Of a DNA stretch of 64,000 bases, positions 10,367 to 20,950 are shown in pieces; the stretch's first letter is position 1, and every line of letters starts with the position of its first letter. The stretch is taken from the NCBI GenBank assembly GCA_965644295.1, contig CBFFRP010000143.1:124001-188000 (forward strand). Direction: 5' to 3'. Position numbers and translations under genes: made by a program. The notes below the pieces were generated by a model that ran no database searches, was not told where the DNA came from, and saw only the letters and a list, made by a program, of their open reading frames with translations. Source of the stretch: Paraphysomonas bandaiensis (lineage: Eukaryota > Protista > Chrysophyceae).

Positions 10367-12958
10367 CTAGGGAAAATCAACACCGGTGCGAACGCAATAT
10401 TTCGCCGAATCTTCAATTGAGCAAGGAATCCACGTCGCAACATCTCTCACCAGAGCCATCATGGTACCTCTACCTTTTGTGACAAACAATTTTCGAATAT
10501 CCTCAGTCATCCACCGCTCAGAATTCATTGAAAGAAAAACGACAGGACTTTCTTTGTAGGCTTGCAATGCAGAGAGATAAGCAGTTCGAATTCTGAAAAG
10601 TCTTTGTATTTTAAATTCGGACTTCATATGTTCGTATATTCCAGTCTGTGCGAAAGTGTATACTTCAGGTGCAATGTTCCTGGCCACAACTGCCAGCCTG
10701 AACCACTTTCGCGTCATCCATGGATAAACCTCCGCAAATTTCATATAGTCCACCCAGTCTAAATAACCAGCGCCATAATTTGATGCCTTGAAGTTTAATC
10801 TTTCTTTGTCCGTAATTCTCTTCCCCGATAGCACAGCTTCTCGCTGAGTGTTTGACAGGTATTGAGTACCTGGACTTAGCGTGACCATCACATTACTGAG
10901 AGTGATGCTTGTATCATTCTTATGCTGTGCAACAACGACTCGCTTGTCTGCACGATCCGAATGACTCGACACAATGAACGCAGTGTCAGCACCCATGCGC
11001 TTGGGCAGATTAGTTAGAATGACAGTATCATCCACGGTCCCGTCATCTCTAACAAACCGTCGAAAAGCACATTCTCTTTTGATATCAGAGCAGTCCACAA
11101 CTCGACATGCAAAGCAAGAAAATTGATCTACCAGTTCTGGAAGTAGATGACGATCCGCTGTGAACATTGGTATGACAAGGTCAGCGAAGTCTATCCCATT
11201 CCCATTGTGCATGACCTGGTGCTGGTAAGTAAGCAATGCGATGTTATAAGCGAAAGCAATTTCAGCCACATCGCCTTTTCCAACACACAGTTTCGTCTCA
11301 ATCAGGAGCTTCAGCACATCATGGATTCCAGTTTGTAACTCTTGTAAAATAACTGATTTAAGCACGTGACCGACCAAGGGCTCTGCATAAATATCAATTT
11401 CTTGTTCATTGTGGATGTTCCTGTTCTGATGATCTGCACATGCTGGCACCAAACTCGTTGCAATCGCCTCTCCGATTCCAAGCTGGTCGCTTAACACCAT
11501 TTTGCCGTTATCAAAGAGCAGTGCCTTGACGAGATAGGGTAGAAAGTATCGAGATGTCTTGCTCTGATCAAGAGGGAATGCTTTTCCGCCTTCCAGAACA
11601 TTGCTCATGCGGACGCTGAACTCACTGCACAAGTCACTGACTCCTCTGTTCATAACACTGAGAAGGCAAGACTCAGAAATCGAACCAGAGAAATTATACG
11701 ATTCACATTCATGGTAAAGAGGGACAAATACCCCATTCACAAATAGGAGGGGCCTCCCTTCACAAAATTTCAGAGCCTTCCGCACTTCTTCATTTTCCAG
11801 CACACTGTCTGCGATGTTCCAGTAGTGCTTGAGGGTGGACACCATTTGTTGAAGTGAAAACAGTGCTCGTGGCGCCACTATCTTAACATTCCCTCTGACA
11901 GGGGAGTAATCGTGGGCTGTTTTGCGAAACTTTGTCATCGAGAAGGATGTTCCAGTCATGTACATGTACCACTCACACTCTTTTGCCAGTTCACACATAG
12001 CACAACACAGCACATAAAAGATCCCACGTGAATGTTGGTGGCGCTCCTTGGTTGAAATTGGAGGCAACTCAAAAACATCCTGAGACCTCTGTCCAGTAGT
12101 GCAAACCGGATCGTCAAGGTCACTCTTCATTTCATCATTTTTTTGACTGAGGTACTGTTGTTGTGACAAGAAAAGCTCAGAATATTTATCAAACAAAGTT
12201 TGAATTTCATCGAAACAAAGTAAACATGGAATATCTATAGTAGAGCTTAATTTGACTTCCGCATAAAAATTATCCATTGCATCCGAGTTAATTACAATCA
12301 ATCTAGTTTCCTCATCCGTAATTTGCATCTCAGCAATGCGTGCATTGAAGTAGTTCGATGTCAGCGCTTCACCCCGGACATTGCGGTGAAAACGTAAAGC
12401 CAGTTCACATTTTTTGCATATGTTCACATCATCTGTCGTATCTCCAATAGCAATATGTGTCACATGCACATAACATAGGATTAGCAATTTGATGTATCTG
12501 TATGCATGATTGGCAATTTTGGACTTGTCACAATTTGCAGCAGTTTTACGATACTTTTCAAAACGATCCAATTGTTCAAACAAAGCAATCCATGGTGTAG
12601 AAAATGCAGCCTTCCCATTTTCTTCTCTTTGTTGGGCGATTCGAATTATAATTGATATACATGACCCTGTCAGTCCCGCTGCATATGCAAGATGGGTTTT
12701 ACCGACACCTGATGCAGCAGAAGCGCAGAATAAGGACATTGCTTCTTGGGACTCGATTTTCCTAAAATAATTAGTAAAAATGTTGCAATCGTGGCCAACA
12801 GTTTTCATTAATTGAGGAATCAATATTTTTCTATTTGAGGAACTCCTATCCACAGGCAGTGGGTTATTCATCCAGTCCGGCAACACCTCCGCTGAATTAA
12901 AATCTTTTTGAACAATATCACGAGAATATTGTGTGATGGCAGAAATGATATTTTCCAT
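10367..12958 (-). CDS. Crinkler/RHS-type P-loop NTPase + C-terminal restriction-endonuclease-like domain, 863 aa, intronless
   Basis: Walker A SAASGVGKT, Walker B LLCFDEIQ, downstream TGTS and GRP motifs; C-terminal GDVAE...LPKRMGADTAF...VVVAQHK fits E..PD..QxK nuclease spacing. Confidence 0.75.
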   Translation of the reverse strand: MENIISAITQYSRDIVQKDFNSAEVLPDWMNNPLPVDRSSSNRKILIPQLMKTVGHDCNIFTNYFRKIESQEAMSLFCASAASGVGKTHLAYAAGLTGSCISIIIRIAQQREENGKAAFSTPWIALFEQLDRFEKYRKTAANCDKSKIANHAYRYIKLLILCYVHVTHIAIGDTTDDVNICKKCELALRFHRNVRGEALTSNYFNARIAEMQITDEETRLIVINSDAMDNFYAEVKLSSTIDIPCLLCFDEIQTLFDKYSELFLSQQQYLSQKNDEMKSDLDDPVCTTGQRSQDVFELPPISTKERHQHSRGIFYVLCCAMCELAKECEWYMYMTGTSFSMTKFRKTAHDYSPVRGNVKIVAPRALFSLQQMVSTLKHYWNIADSVLENEEVRKALKFCEGRPLLFVNGVFVPLYHECESYNFSGSISESCLLSVMNRGVSDLCSEFSVRMSNVLEGGKAFPLDQSKTSRYFLPYLVKALLFDNGKMVLSDQLGIGEAIATSLVPACADHQNRNIHNEQEIDIYAEPLVGHVLKSVILQELQTGIHDVLKLLIETKLCVGKGDVAEIAFAYNIALLTYQHQVMHNGNGIDFADLVIPMFTADRHLLPELVDQFSCFACRVVDCSDIKRECAFRRFVRDDGTVDDTVILTNLPKRMGADTAFIVSSHSDRADKRVVVAQHKNDTSITLSNVMVTLSPGTQYLSNTQREAVLSGKRITDKERLNFKASNYGAGYLDWVDYMKFAEVYPWMTRKWFRLAVVARNIAPEVYTFAQTGIYEHMKSEFKIQRLFRIRTAYLSALQAYKESPVVFLSMNSERWMTEDIRKLFVTKGRGTMMALVRDVATWIPCSIEDSAKYCVRTGVDFP

Positions 12959-13937
12959 GGTTAAATATTATTTACAAACTATTTGAAATTTGTTATTAGT
13001 AGAAGCGGCCATTTCCCGTGTAGTTAGATCGAATTCGCAGTGAAAGTGTATATATTTGTATTTCATTTGATAAAACAAGTATATAAGCCCGCCGTGGACA
13101 CATACAGTCGTCTTTGACTTACATCAGTGAATATAAGTTCCGATTCGGAGTCACAATCAGACCACTGAGACGTCTCACACAACAGGAACTCCAGCTGCCG
13201 CTTTGTCTTGAAAAGACGCCTTATAGTTACTATCTCTTTGGTACAGAGGCCGTAACACCTTTTCCCATGGCTCATATACTTAATCTTCTGTCTTTGCTTG
13301 AGAGAAGTTGGGTTGCCGAGTGCACCCATCGTGGGCGCATTTTTTGCCATGATAAAAATATACGGTTCTGTACACACAATCATTTTTAGCTGGTTGTGTG
13401 GGTATACTTTACCGCCAAGAAAACGTTTTTCGACACAGCGTATTTTTTTCGTATGTGGTACTGTATTGGGGAATCATGATGCTCCACAGCTTCGTAGTTG
13501 TATGCTGGTATGAGATAGCTATATGCTGTAGTCCTGTAACTAATACAATGTGAGTCCAATCATCAGCACCTTGTATTGGCCTTTTTTCCCAGAGATTGAG
13601 ACTTTTCATTTTGAAAAATATCTAATTTCTGGCACAGATATATTGATTATTCGTTTTGTATATGAAAATATCTCTGATTTATATATTTTTAACAAACCCG
13701 ACATGAAAGCACAGAATATCGAATTGAATTGCTATAATTGGCTATGACGTGAAGTGAGATAATAACTACAGAGCAGTGAAGTGTAATCGCAGTATGCGGG
13801 TATGTATATATGTACATGCATGTACATGTGTATATGTAAGAGCGTGAGAGCCGGGGTTTATATTTAACTGTGCTGTTCATTACTGTTAGTGGAGCTGTAC
13901 GAATTGACACTCGAGGCAATGTATTGCACTCATTCGA

Positions 13938-16900
13938 ATGGATAAAGAACGGCCACCGTTACTCCTCAAGAGCGAGATGAGTGTGGATTATATATTCGGA
14001 TACGGCAGCATCATTAACGATGAGTCCAGGTCAAGCACTATGGGATGTGATGCTGCTTTATTGAATTCTCGTAGTGGGTCCTCTGTGCAGCATGGAGAAG
14101 GGGGGAATTTGCATGGGGATCTGTCGGTGGCGGCCTGTGTGAGTAAAGAATTCGCATATCGTAGCTGGAATTTTCGTAGTCCCACTGGGTTCACGGCACT
14201 GGGCTTGGTTCTGAGTGATAATCAAGGCCCTGAGCCACCAACAACTAACATTCAACAGACTACCGAAGAGTTCTGCGGAGTCAACGGAGTTTTATTCCCT
14301 GTTCCTTCTGAGCATTTGAGAGCATTTGATGTCCGCGAAGTTGGCTACTATCGGGTGTCTGTGCCACTGAGCATGATTATCATCCTCAGCAAGTGCGGGT
14401 GTCCGGCAGCTCGTGAAAGAGCACTGGCCCTTGAGGAAACGCTTAGGTTTCATTGTCTCAGTCCTGAGTCTGCTCGGAGGGATGACAGCCAGCCCCATCA
14501 TTTAAGGGTGTGGGCTTACATACCCGACAGTACTCATACTGCGGCCCCAAGCGAGGACTTCCCCATCCTGCAGACCTACTTGGATGTTTGCATTCGTGGG
14601 TGCCTTCAATGGGGCGGAGAACCTTTGGCCAAGCACTTTCTGCTGTCAACAACAGGTTGGAGCGACTGTTTTTTAAACGACGCACCTCTTAGTCGACGCC
14701 CGTGGCTACATCGGACAGACTACCGCGAGGTAGATGCTTGTTTGCTAGGGTGCGCGGAACATGTCAAGTTTTCATGTCGTTGCCACCCAGAAGAGTTTGC
14801 CTCTCTCCATAGCTCGTCCTTAAAGGCGGGTCAGTGGGGACTGCCCACGCGTAATCCACTCTTTACTGGCAGGGAGGATTTTCTACGTACTCTTCATTCC
14901 CGGTTAGCTGAAAATCGCGGGCCTGATTTCTCCGGGGGGGTGCGACAAGTTGAGGTGGTGGGTCTAGGAGGCGTCGGCAAGAGCCAGATCAGCGTGGAGT
15001 ATGCACATCGACAGTACTCTGCCGGCTATTATGGGTTTGTGGCATATGTGAGGGCGGAATCCAGTGCATCGGTAGCCACGGATCTAAGGCGATTAGCTTT
15101 TGATCTTGGTATTTTGCGTTCTGGGGGAAAAAACTCTGATGGCCTCAAGGAGGGAGAGTTCGACGTCAGCTGTGACGATGAAACAATTGCGGAAGAAGTA
15201 AAGAGGCGCCTATATCGATGCAGATATAAATGGCTACTTATATTTGATAATGTTGACGACCCTAAAGTAGTTTCAAGCTGCCTTCCGAGGGGTGTTGAAG
15301 GGGCGAGACATGGAGGTGGACATGTTTTGATTACTAGTCGAGTTCTCCATCGAGAGTGGCTCGCGAGGGGTTCCGCTCTCAGTCTGCAATGCTTCCAGGA
15401 GGAAGAAAGTGTTGCCTTCTTAAGGGCTGCATTTAATGTGTCTCAAGCAGGAAGCAATGTGGATGGTGAATCGGCGAGCAATGTGCGGGATTTGGATTCA
15501 CTGCGGGATCTAGCAAGACGGGTGGGACACCTTCCACTTGCTCTTTGGACTGCAGGTGTGTACATGACGAGGTGTGATGTCTCGGCCGTAGAGTATATGT
15601 TTCGGTTGGACACCTTAGTTAACAGAGCCCAGGTTGACGAGAGTAGCAGTGAGATTGCGGGTACAATATCATCTTGCTTTAGCATGACTCTGGACAGAAT
15701 CTGTGTCGAGAGCAGCACTGCGCAGGCAGTGCTTCCGTGCATCGGTTTTCTTGCTCCTGACATTTCAAAGAGAATGATCCGACTCCTGATTAGTAATTCG
15801 AGAGCAAATGTGCTGAAGCCTCTGGCAACACAATCAAATGATATTCATGCATTGGTTGATCATCGCACTGAGTCGATGAAAGTTTCCTATGACAAAGAGC
15901 CGCTCAGGATTGCGATGAAAGACTTGTACGACTCGTTTGTGCTATTTTCTTTTCTGACGATAGTAATTTGCTGTATTTTGGGCCAGTTTATTTGTGATCA
16001 GCTGAATCAGAGAGATATTGCCCTTGTGTTACTGGCAGTATTTGTCGGATCATATGTCACAGTACTCAGTTTGGTTATCACCTTGCAATTGCGAATCGGG
16101 TTCTTGACCTACTCCAGGGAACAGTATCTACATGTCGAGTCAGTGTTGACCACGTATAATCTACCTGAACATGTGTCTTTCAATGGTATGGGAGGGAATC
16201 ATGACCTTCCGTTGGTAAAAGAGAGGGAATTTAGTGATTCTCTCTTGCAGGTTGAGAGTGACAAATTGTGGGAAGTGATGCGAGACTTTTCGCTTTTGTC
16301 TGAAGTGCGTGGACCAGTAAGTGAGAGTCGTGTAGGCACAGTGCACAGACTTCAACTAGCTGTATTGCGTCAACGAGCTCGTCATAGCAATTGTGTCGGC
16401 CCTTGCATAGAAATTTGTATAAGCATGCTGGCCTCCCTCTGGGAATTTAACCCTTCCGACTTCTCAAGTTGGGATACAGCTGGGGATTTGGTCGAACACA
16501 TCGAGGCCTTGTCTAAACATGTTAGTGGAGAGTTTTCGTTTTCTCAACCCAGCTCTGATGAGCATCGTAGAGAGAGTCTCTTAACACTTTCTCGCTTGCT
16601 GACGGGCGCAGGAGAGTTCTCTGCGGTTGTACTGTCCCGCTTCGACAGTGCACAGCAGATGCTGGAGTCCGCTTATGCGTTGCAAAAGCAGCTGATCGAA
16701 CTGGAAAATCGTGAGGATGAATACCGAAATGATGTTCTGCTACAACGTGTTGCTGATACGCTGCATATTCTCGGCAAGACATTACGATATAATGGCCGAC
16801 TTCATGACTCGGAACACAGTTTGAAGAGCGCCTTAGACTTACGGCGAAAATATGCGTCCAACTTCGTTGAAGACCTTGGGGAATCGGGATTAAAAGTCGC

Positions 16901-18455
16901 AGACACACTTCATGAGTTAGGAGTACTTCATCTTCGCATGCATAGTCTCACGACGGCGAAGTCTTTCTTGAGTTTGTCGTTGGATATGAAGTGCGAGTTG
17001 CGATATGAAATGAACTGTACTCTTAGTGATGACCAGAAGTGTGATAACGCGCGACAGAGTGGTACGCATGCGGAGCGATATACTAGTTTCAGAAGCGGTG
17101 AAGCTGCTACACTGCACCAGCTCGGTGTTATTGCCACGCTTGAAAGAAGATACGACGACGCAGAGTCTTACTTAATGGAAGCACTTAAAATGATGGACGG
17201 TCATGATATTGCTGATGGAAGAAGCAGCAGAAGTATCAGTCGTGCAGCTACGTTGCATCAACTTGGCAAAGTTGAACTCAGAAGGGGAAACTTGTTCCAG
17301 GCCCAGGAACAGCTTCTACAGGCACTAGACTTATATCAGAAGGCGTATGGAGAGCGACGGGCCGCATCACATGTTAACGTGGCGGCAGTGCATCATCAAC
17401 TGGGTGCCACTGCTCTCGCTGCGCGCGATTTCGACACTGCATGTCACCATTTCTCCGTTGCATTAGCTGCACGTGAATTAATACTATCTGAGAGCTCAGG
17501 AGGCAGAACTGGATTGTGTCTCGCACTACAAGCACTTGGGCAAGCAGAAATTCAGAACAAAAACCTGGATAGAGCTGAAACATTATTTCTGCGTGCACGA
17601 TCAGAAATCGAAATTGAGCTACAAGCTGTAGAGAGTGTGGAGCCTACTGATACAACAGTGGAATATTCGCTAAACAAGCTCATTCCATGTGGGGATAAGG
17701 AAGACACTGGGGACTTTTCGTTGATGGGGGGGGAATCGGTGTTGTTCTCCTCTCAAAAGAATAATTTGATAAAAAGCTTAGTCTTTTGCATTCATTACCT
17801 CAAGATGATTGCTAAGCAAACTGGTGATCACGCTTGTGCAGAGTTGTACAGTAAGGAAATCCGAGAATTGAAAAATAGAGACACGAAAGGGAGAAAAGCA
17901 GGAAGAAACTTCGTGAGCAGGGTATCAGATGATTCGGATAAAAAAGAAAGTCACATTCATAAAGACCTCTCGTCTGGCGAAGTAACGGTGATGACAGGAG
18001 CCGGACTAAATCTTGACAAGGATTGCATAGTGCTCCTGAGACACACTCTTGCTATTCGGAATAGCGTGAGAAAGTCGTGCTCTGAGTTTAGAAAAAGCAT
18101 AAAAGTGAAAAATGTTAATACGGGAAATGTGTGTTCTGCCGATAACAATCTGACTAAAGAATCATGTGGCGTATGTGCGGAATTTAGTAAATTGGTATGT
18201 GCAGTTCGTCATGAAATCACGGTTAGCCAAATTCATCTTGGCAACGCAAGCATTAGTATGGAACGCTCCAGAATACCCACCTCCTACTTAGATAAAGTTA
18301 TTGATGTATACGAGCACTTTATATGTGACCTCGAACATGCAACAGATGTTGGTGGTTGCCAGCTGTCAATGAAGTGCTGTTCTGCACTTTTTAATGCATG
18401 TGATGTTGTCAGGGCTCGCCTCGGAGAATTTGGAATAAGTATAGAGGATTCCTAG
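13938..18455 (+). CDS. NLR-like STAND protein: GGCT (ChaC/AIG2-like) domain + NB-ARC + 2 TM helices + ~7 TPRs, 1505 aa, intronless
   Basis: GGCT: YIFGYGSIIN, RSW, VNGVLF, FDVREVGY. NB-ARC: PTRNPLFTGRE, GLGGVGKS, WLLIFDNVDD, VLITSR, GHLPLAL, VHRL. TPRs: repeated A(D/A)TLH(Q/E)LG...A......AL. Confidence 0.9.
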   Translation: MDKERPPLLLKSEMSVDYIFGYGSIINDESRSSTMGCDAALLNSRSGSSVQHGEGGNLHGDLSVAACVSKEFAYRSWNFRSPTGFTALGLVLSDNQGPEPPTTNIQQTTEEFCGVNGVLFPVPSEHLRAFDVREVGYYRVSVPLSMIIILSKCGCPAARERALALEETLRFHCLSPESARRDDSQPHHLRVWAYIPDSTHTAAPSEDFPILQTYLDVCIRGCLQWGGEPLAKHFLLSTTGWSDCFLNDAPLSRRPWLHRTDYREVDACLLGCAEHVKFSCRCHPEEFASLHSSSLKAGQWGLPTRNPLFTGREDFLRTLHSRLAENRGPDFSGGVRQVEVVGLGGVGKSQISVEYAHRQYSAGYYGFVAYVRAESSASVATDLRRLAFDLGILRSGGKNSDGLKEGEFDVSCDDETIAEEVKRRLYRCRYKWLLIFDNVDDPKVVSSCLPRGVEGARHGGGHVLITSRVLHREWLARGSALSLQCFQEEESVAFLRAAFNVSQAGSNVDGESASNVRDLDSLRDLARRVGHLPLALWTAGVYMTRCDVSAVEYMFRLDTLVNRAQVDESSSEIAGTISSCFSMTLDRICVESSTAQAVLPCIGFLAPDISKRMIRLLISNSRANVLKPLATQSNDIHALVDHRTESMKVSYDKEPLRIAMKDLYDSFVLFSFLTIVICCILGQFICDQLNQRDIALVLLAVFVGSYVTVLSLVITLQLRIGFLTYSREQYLHVESVLTTYNLPEHVSFNGMGGNHDLPLVKEREFSDSLLQVESDKLWEVMRDFSLLSEVRGPVSESRVGTVHRLQLAVLRQRARHSNCVGPCIEICISMLASLWEFNPSDFSSWDTAGDLVEHIEALSKHVSGEFSFSQPSSDEHRRESLLTLSRLLTGAGEFSAVVLSRFDSAQQMLESAYALQKQLIELENREDEYRNDVLLQRVADTLHILGKTLRYNGRLHDSEHSLKSALDLRRKYASNFVEDLGESGLKVADTLHELGVLHLRMHSLTTAKSFLSLSLDMKCELRYEMNCTLSDDQKCDNARQSGTHAERYTSFRSGEAATLHQLGVIATLERRYDDAESYLMEALKMMDGHDIADGRSSRSISRAATLHQLGKVELRRGNLFQAQEQLLQALDLYQKAYGERRAASHVNVAAVHHQLGATALAARDFDTACHHFSVALAARELILSESSGGRTGLCLALQALGQAEIQNKNLDRAETLFLRARSEIEIELQAVESVEPTDTTVEYSLNKLIPCGDKEDTGDFSLMGGESVLFSSQKNNLIKSLVFCIHYLKMIAKQTGDHACAELYSKEIRELKNRDTKGRKAGRNFVSRVSDDSDKKESHIHKDLSSGEVTVMTGAGLNLDKDCIVLLRHTLAIRNSVRKSCSEFRKSIKVKNVNTGNVCSADNNLTKESCGVCAEFSKLVCAVRHEITVSQIHLGNASISMERSRIPTSYLDKVIDVYEHFICDLEHATDVGGCQLSMKCCSALFNACDVVRARLGEFGISIEDS

Positions 18456-18989
18456 GGGAATAGGTGTGTTTAGTTTAAAATATATCAGCTCATTACGAAC
18501 GCTTCAGTATAAGATTATGAGTATTATGTACACATAAAATAAGTATATATTTTGTAAATTTGTTTTTATGAAATATTTTCTGACAAAGGAATATTATTTA
18601 GGTGTTACTTCTTATATATGTGAATGTGTGTGCTATTTTAATGTATGCACTACATTTGCTAAATATATGTACAGCCACTTAATATAGAGTGGTAATAACA
18701 AATAACGGTGTCATTTTTATACTACTAAATTTTCCAATTGTTCCTAACAAACTAAAATATATCATTTGTTCTACTAAAGGTTGCAGATGTTTCTACTAAC
18801 CTAAAACCTAAATACCAGTTGAGCCATATAGAAATTTAAGAGAAGACTCTAGGTAGTCGCTTGTGTGGTACATGTCGCTTGTGTATACGTCTTTGGGCTT
18901 TGACAAATAATCAGGCACCCGGAAATGGGCCCACCTCAAGGGTATCCGGGGTATTGGGCTGCCTGCTGAAGGTAAACATCCGGGATGTT

Positions 18990-20950
18990 CACCTTAAGAA
19001 CTCAAAAAAACTGAAGTCAGCAGATGTCAGGTATATCAACATTCTGCTTGCTCACTGCGTTTGCTTTGAGTGATTGATGCTGAGTATGAGTTCACATTAT
19101 TCGGTATCTGTGTGGCCAAAATGATGAGGTAATGCGTCAAACTTTCCTCGGATGCATGGCAATGGCAATGTGATTAGACCTGTCATGTCTTCTCACACGT
19201 CTACTGCCGAGTCTTGGCTTCTCCTGACCCAGGTCATTGAGATTATATCAACGCTCTGGCACTGTTCTCCAAGCAGTGTCAGGTACATTTGTGTGTGTTA
19301 TTATGTTATTTTTTACTCTTAGTAGGTTTTCATCCAGCCGGAGAAGGTGCACGGTTTCCTACTAGCGTAAGTCACTCAGAAGAAGAGTGCAAGGTGGATG
19401 CATGTGCTGGACGAGTGCACATAATGAAAGGAAGACTTTGTTGTTGAGTCAGCTTGAATTTGTAACAGATTTTGGTAGACATCTGTTTCATGCGTCACCA
19501 GTGAGACCGCTTCGTGACCGTGGGAGGCCCGGCGCTAGAGCTACTCTATTCTCCCCTCCAGACTACCTGCTGCTGTGAACACCACCTTGAAGGGCCCTAA
19601 CGATCTGCCGCATATACAAGAGACATATGCCGAAGACACCGACCGCAAGTTGTTTGTGTCAGGACAACAAGTAGATTGGGCAGGAGCGTATGATCCGGCT
19701 TAAACAAGCAACTCGTCGTATGCCCATGTAGCTAACTAAGTCGTGTTGTATAGCTGAGCACTGAACAGCAATAGTAACTAGATGAGAGTCCTGTTATGCT
19801 TAGTGTCGCGCGAGTTGTTAGTTTGGTCGCAGCAACACACAAGCTTGATTTTCAGTGCGTATATAGTCATGATGCCGGAGAAGGCGCAAAGGATAAGAGT
19901 CTGTCAGCCTTAAGTTGTGGGCCTGTTCTACAGAGGTTGTGAATTGAGTGATATCGTCATATAGGCACATCAATACGTGCCCAAATGTATGTGCTTCCAC
20001 CGCTGTCGAGATCACTCAGTCAGGGCCCCATAGTCGTGCCCACACGATAGTTTGATAAGGTTGTTGGGTGAGATGGAGTCGAAGGCCGTTTGGAAGGTTT
20101 AGAGCTTTGTGTTGTGTTCAGTGAGTATTATAAGAGACTCGCAGGATGGCGACGCCAGTGCCGAGTCGCCAACGGTATCCGTGCTGGGCAGGATGGGGAG
20201 CGTCGTCTTCCCAGATTTGTAGAAGCCTATATTATAGGTATAATAAAATGTGGTTTTTGAGGGATATGTTTCCTGTCTCGTCAAGAGTGGGGTCATGCAC
20301 CTGTCTCTCCACTAGTACGGGACGGGCCAGTGTGTCCAGAAATTTTGGAGGGACCCGAAGACTTCGATCTTGATCTCTGGGGGACACTTCTTCATCATGT
20401 TGGTTGTAACCATGGAGGGCCTTGTCTTTGGCTCTTGCGTCACAAGAGTACACTAGAATTTGTTGACTGTGTTGTTTTGGTGTGCGTCGCGGATTCTCTG
20501 TGTTGTTACTACGGGTGCCACCTTTGCTTTGCGTAGGTTACGAAGTCCCAGTTCAATGTAATAGGGTATGTCCGATTGGGAGTATAGGAGAGCTGGGTCG
20601 TCTGTGTGCTAGGTCTCGCCACCAGGTAGGATCGTGACGGTGGCGATGGACAACCTGATCAAGCCCAACTGAAAGAGAGTAGTGCGCCGTGGATGTCACT
20701 TGGGAGAGTCAGGGTGGTGCCATATTGTCAAGTGTAAGTCTGGTGACTGGGGGCGTTTGCTTGCGCTTCTGTCATGTATGATTTGAAGAACTTGTTCGAT
20801 GTGGATGAGATTCAGTCTGGTCTGAATATGGTCTGCTTCCGCTAGGTCATTCGTTTACGCATTTCTGAGAGTGTGTAGACGTGGTCCACGCTAGCATTTA
20901 TCGGGGATTAGCCGCTGGTTGGGCGATGGGGTTGGAAAAGTAATCCGTGT
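18990..20950 (-). mobile_element. Heavily decayed non-LTR (LINE) retrotransposon
   Basis: Minus-strand RT remnants in the correct order: HDPTLDETGNISLKN (~20300-20255), AQHGYRWRLGTGVAILRVL (~20190-20135), FQTAFDSIS (~20095-20070); many stops and frameshifts; boundaries approximate. Confidence 0.65.

Noticed and set aside
18962-19000. Hammerhead ribozyme (CTGCTGA + stem)
   Set aside because: Both conserved boxes deviate (CUGCUGA; no GAAA) and helices I/III are not evident.
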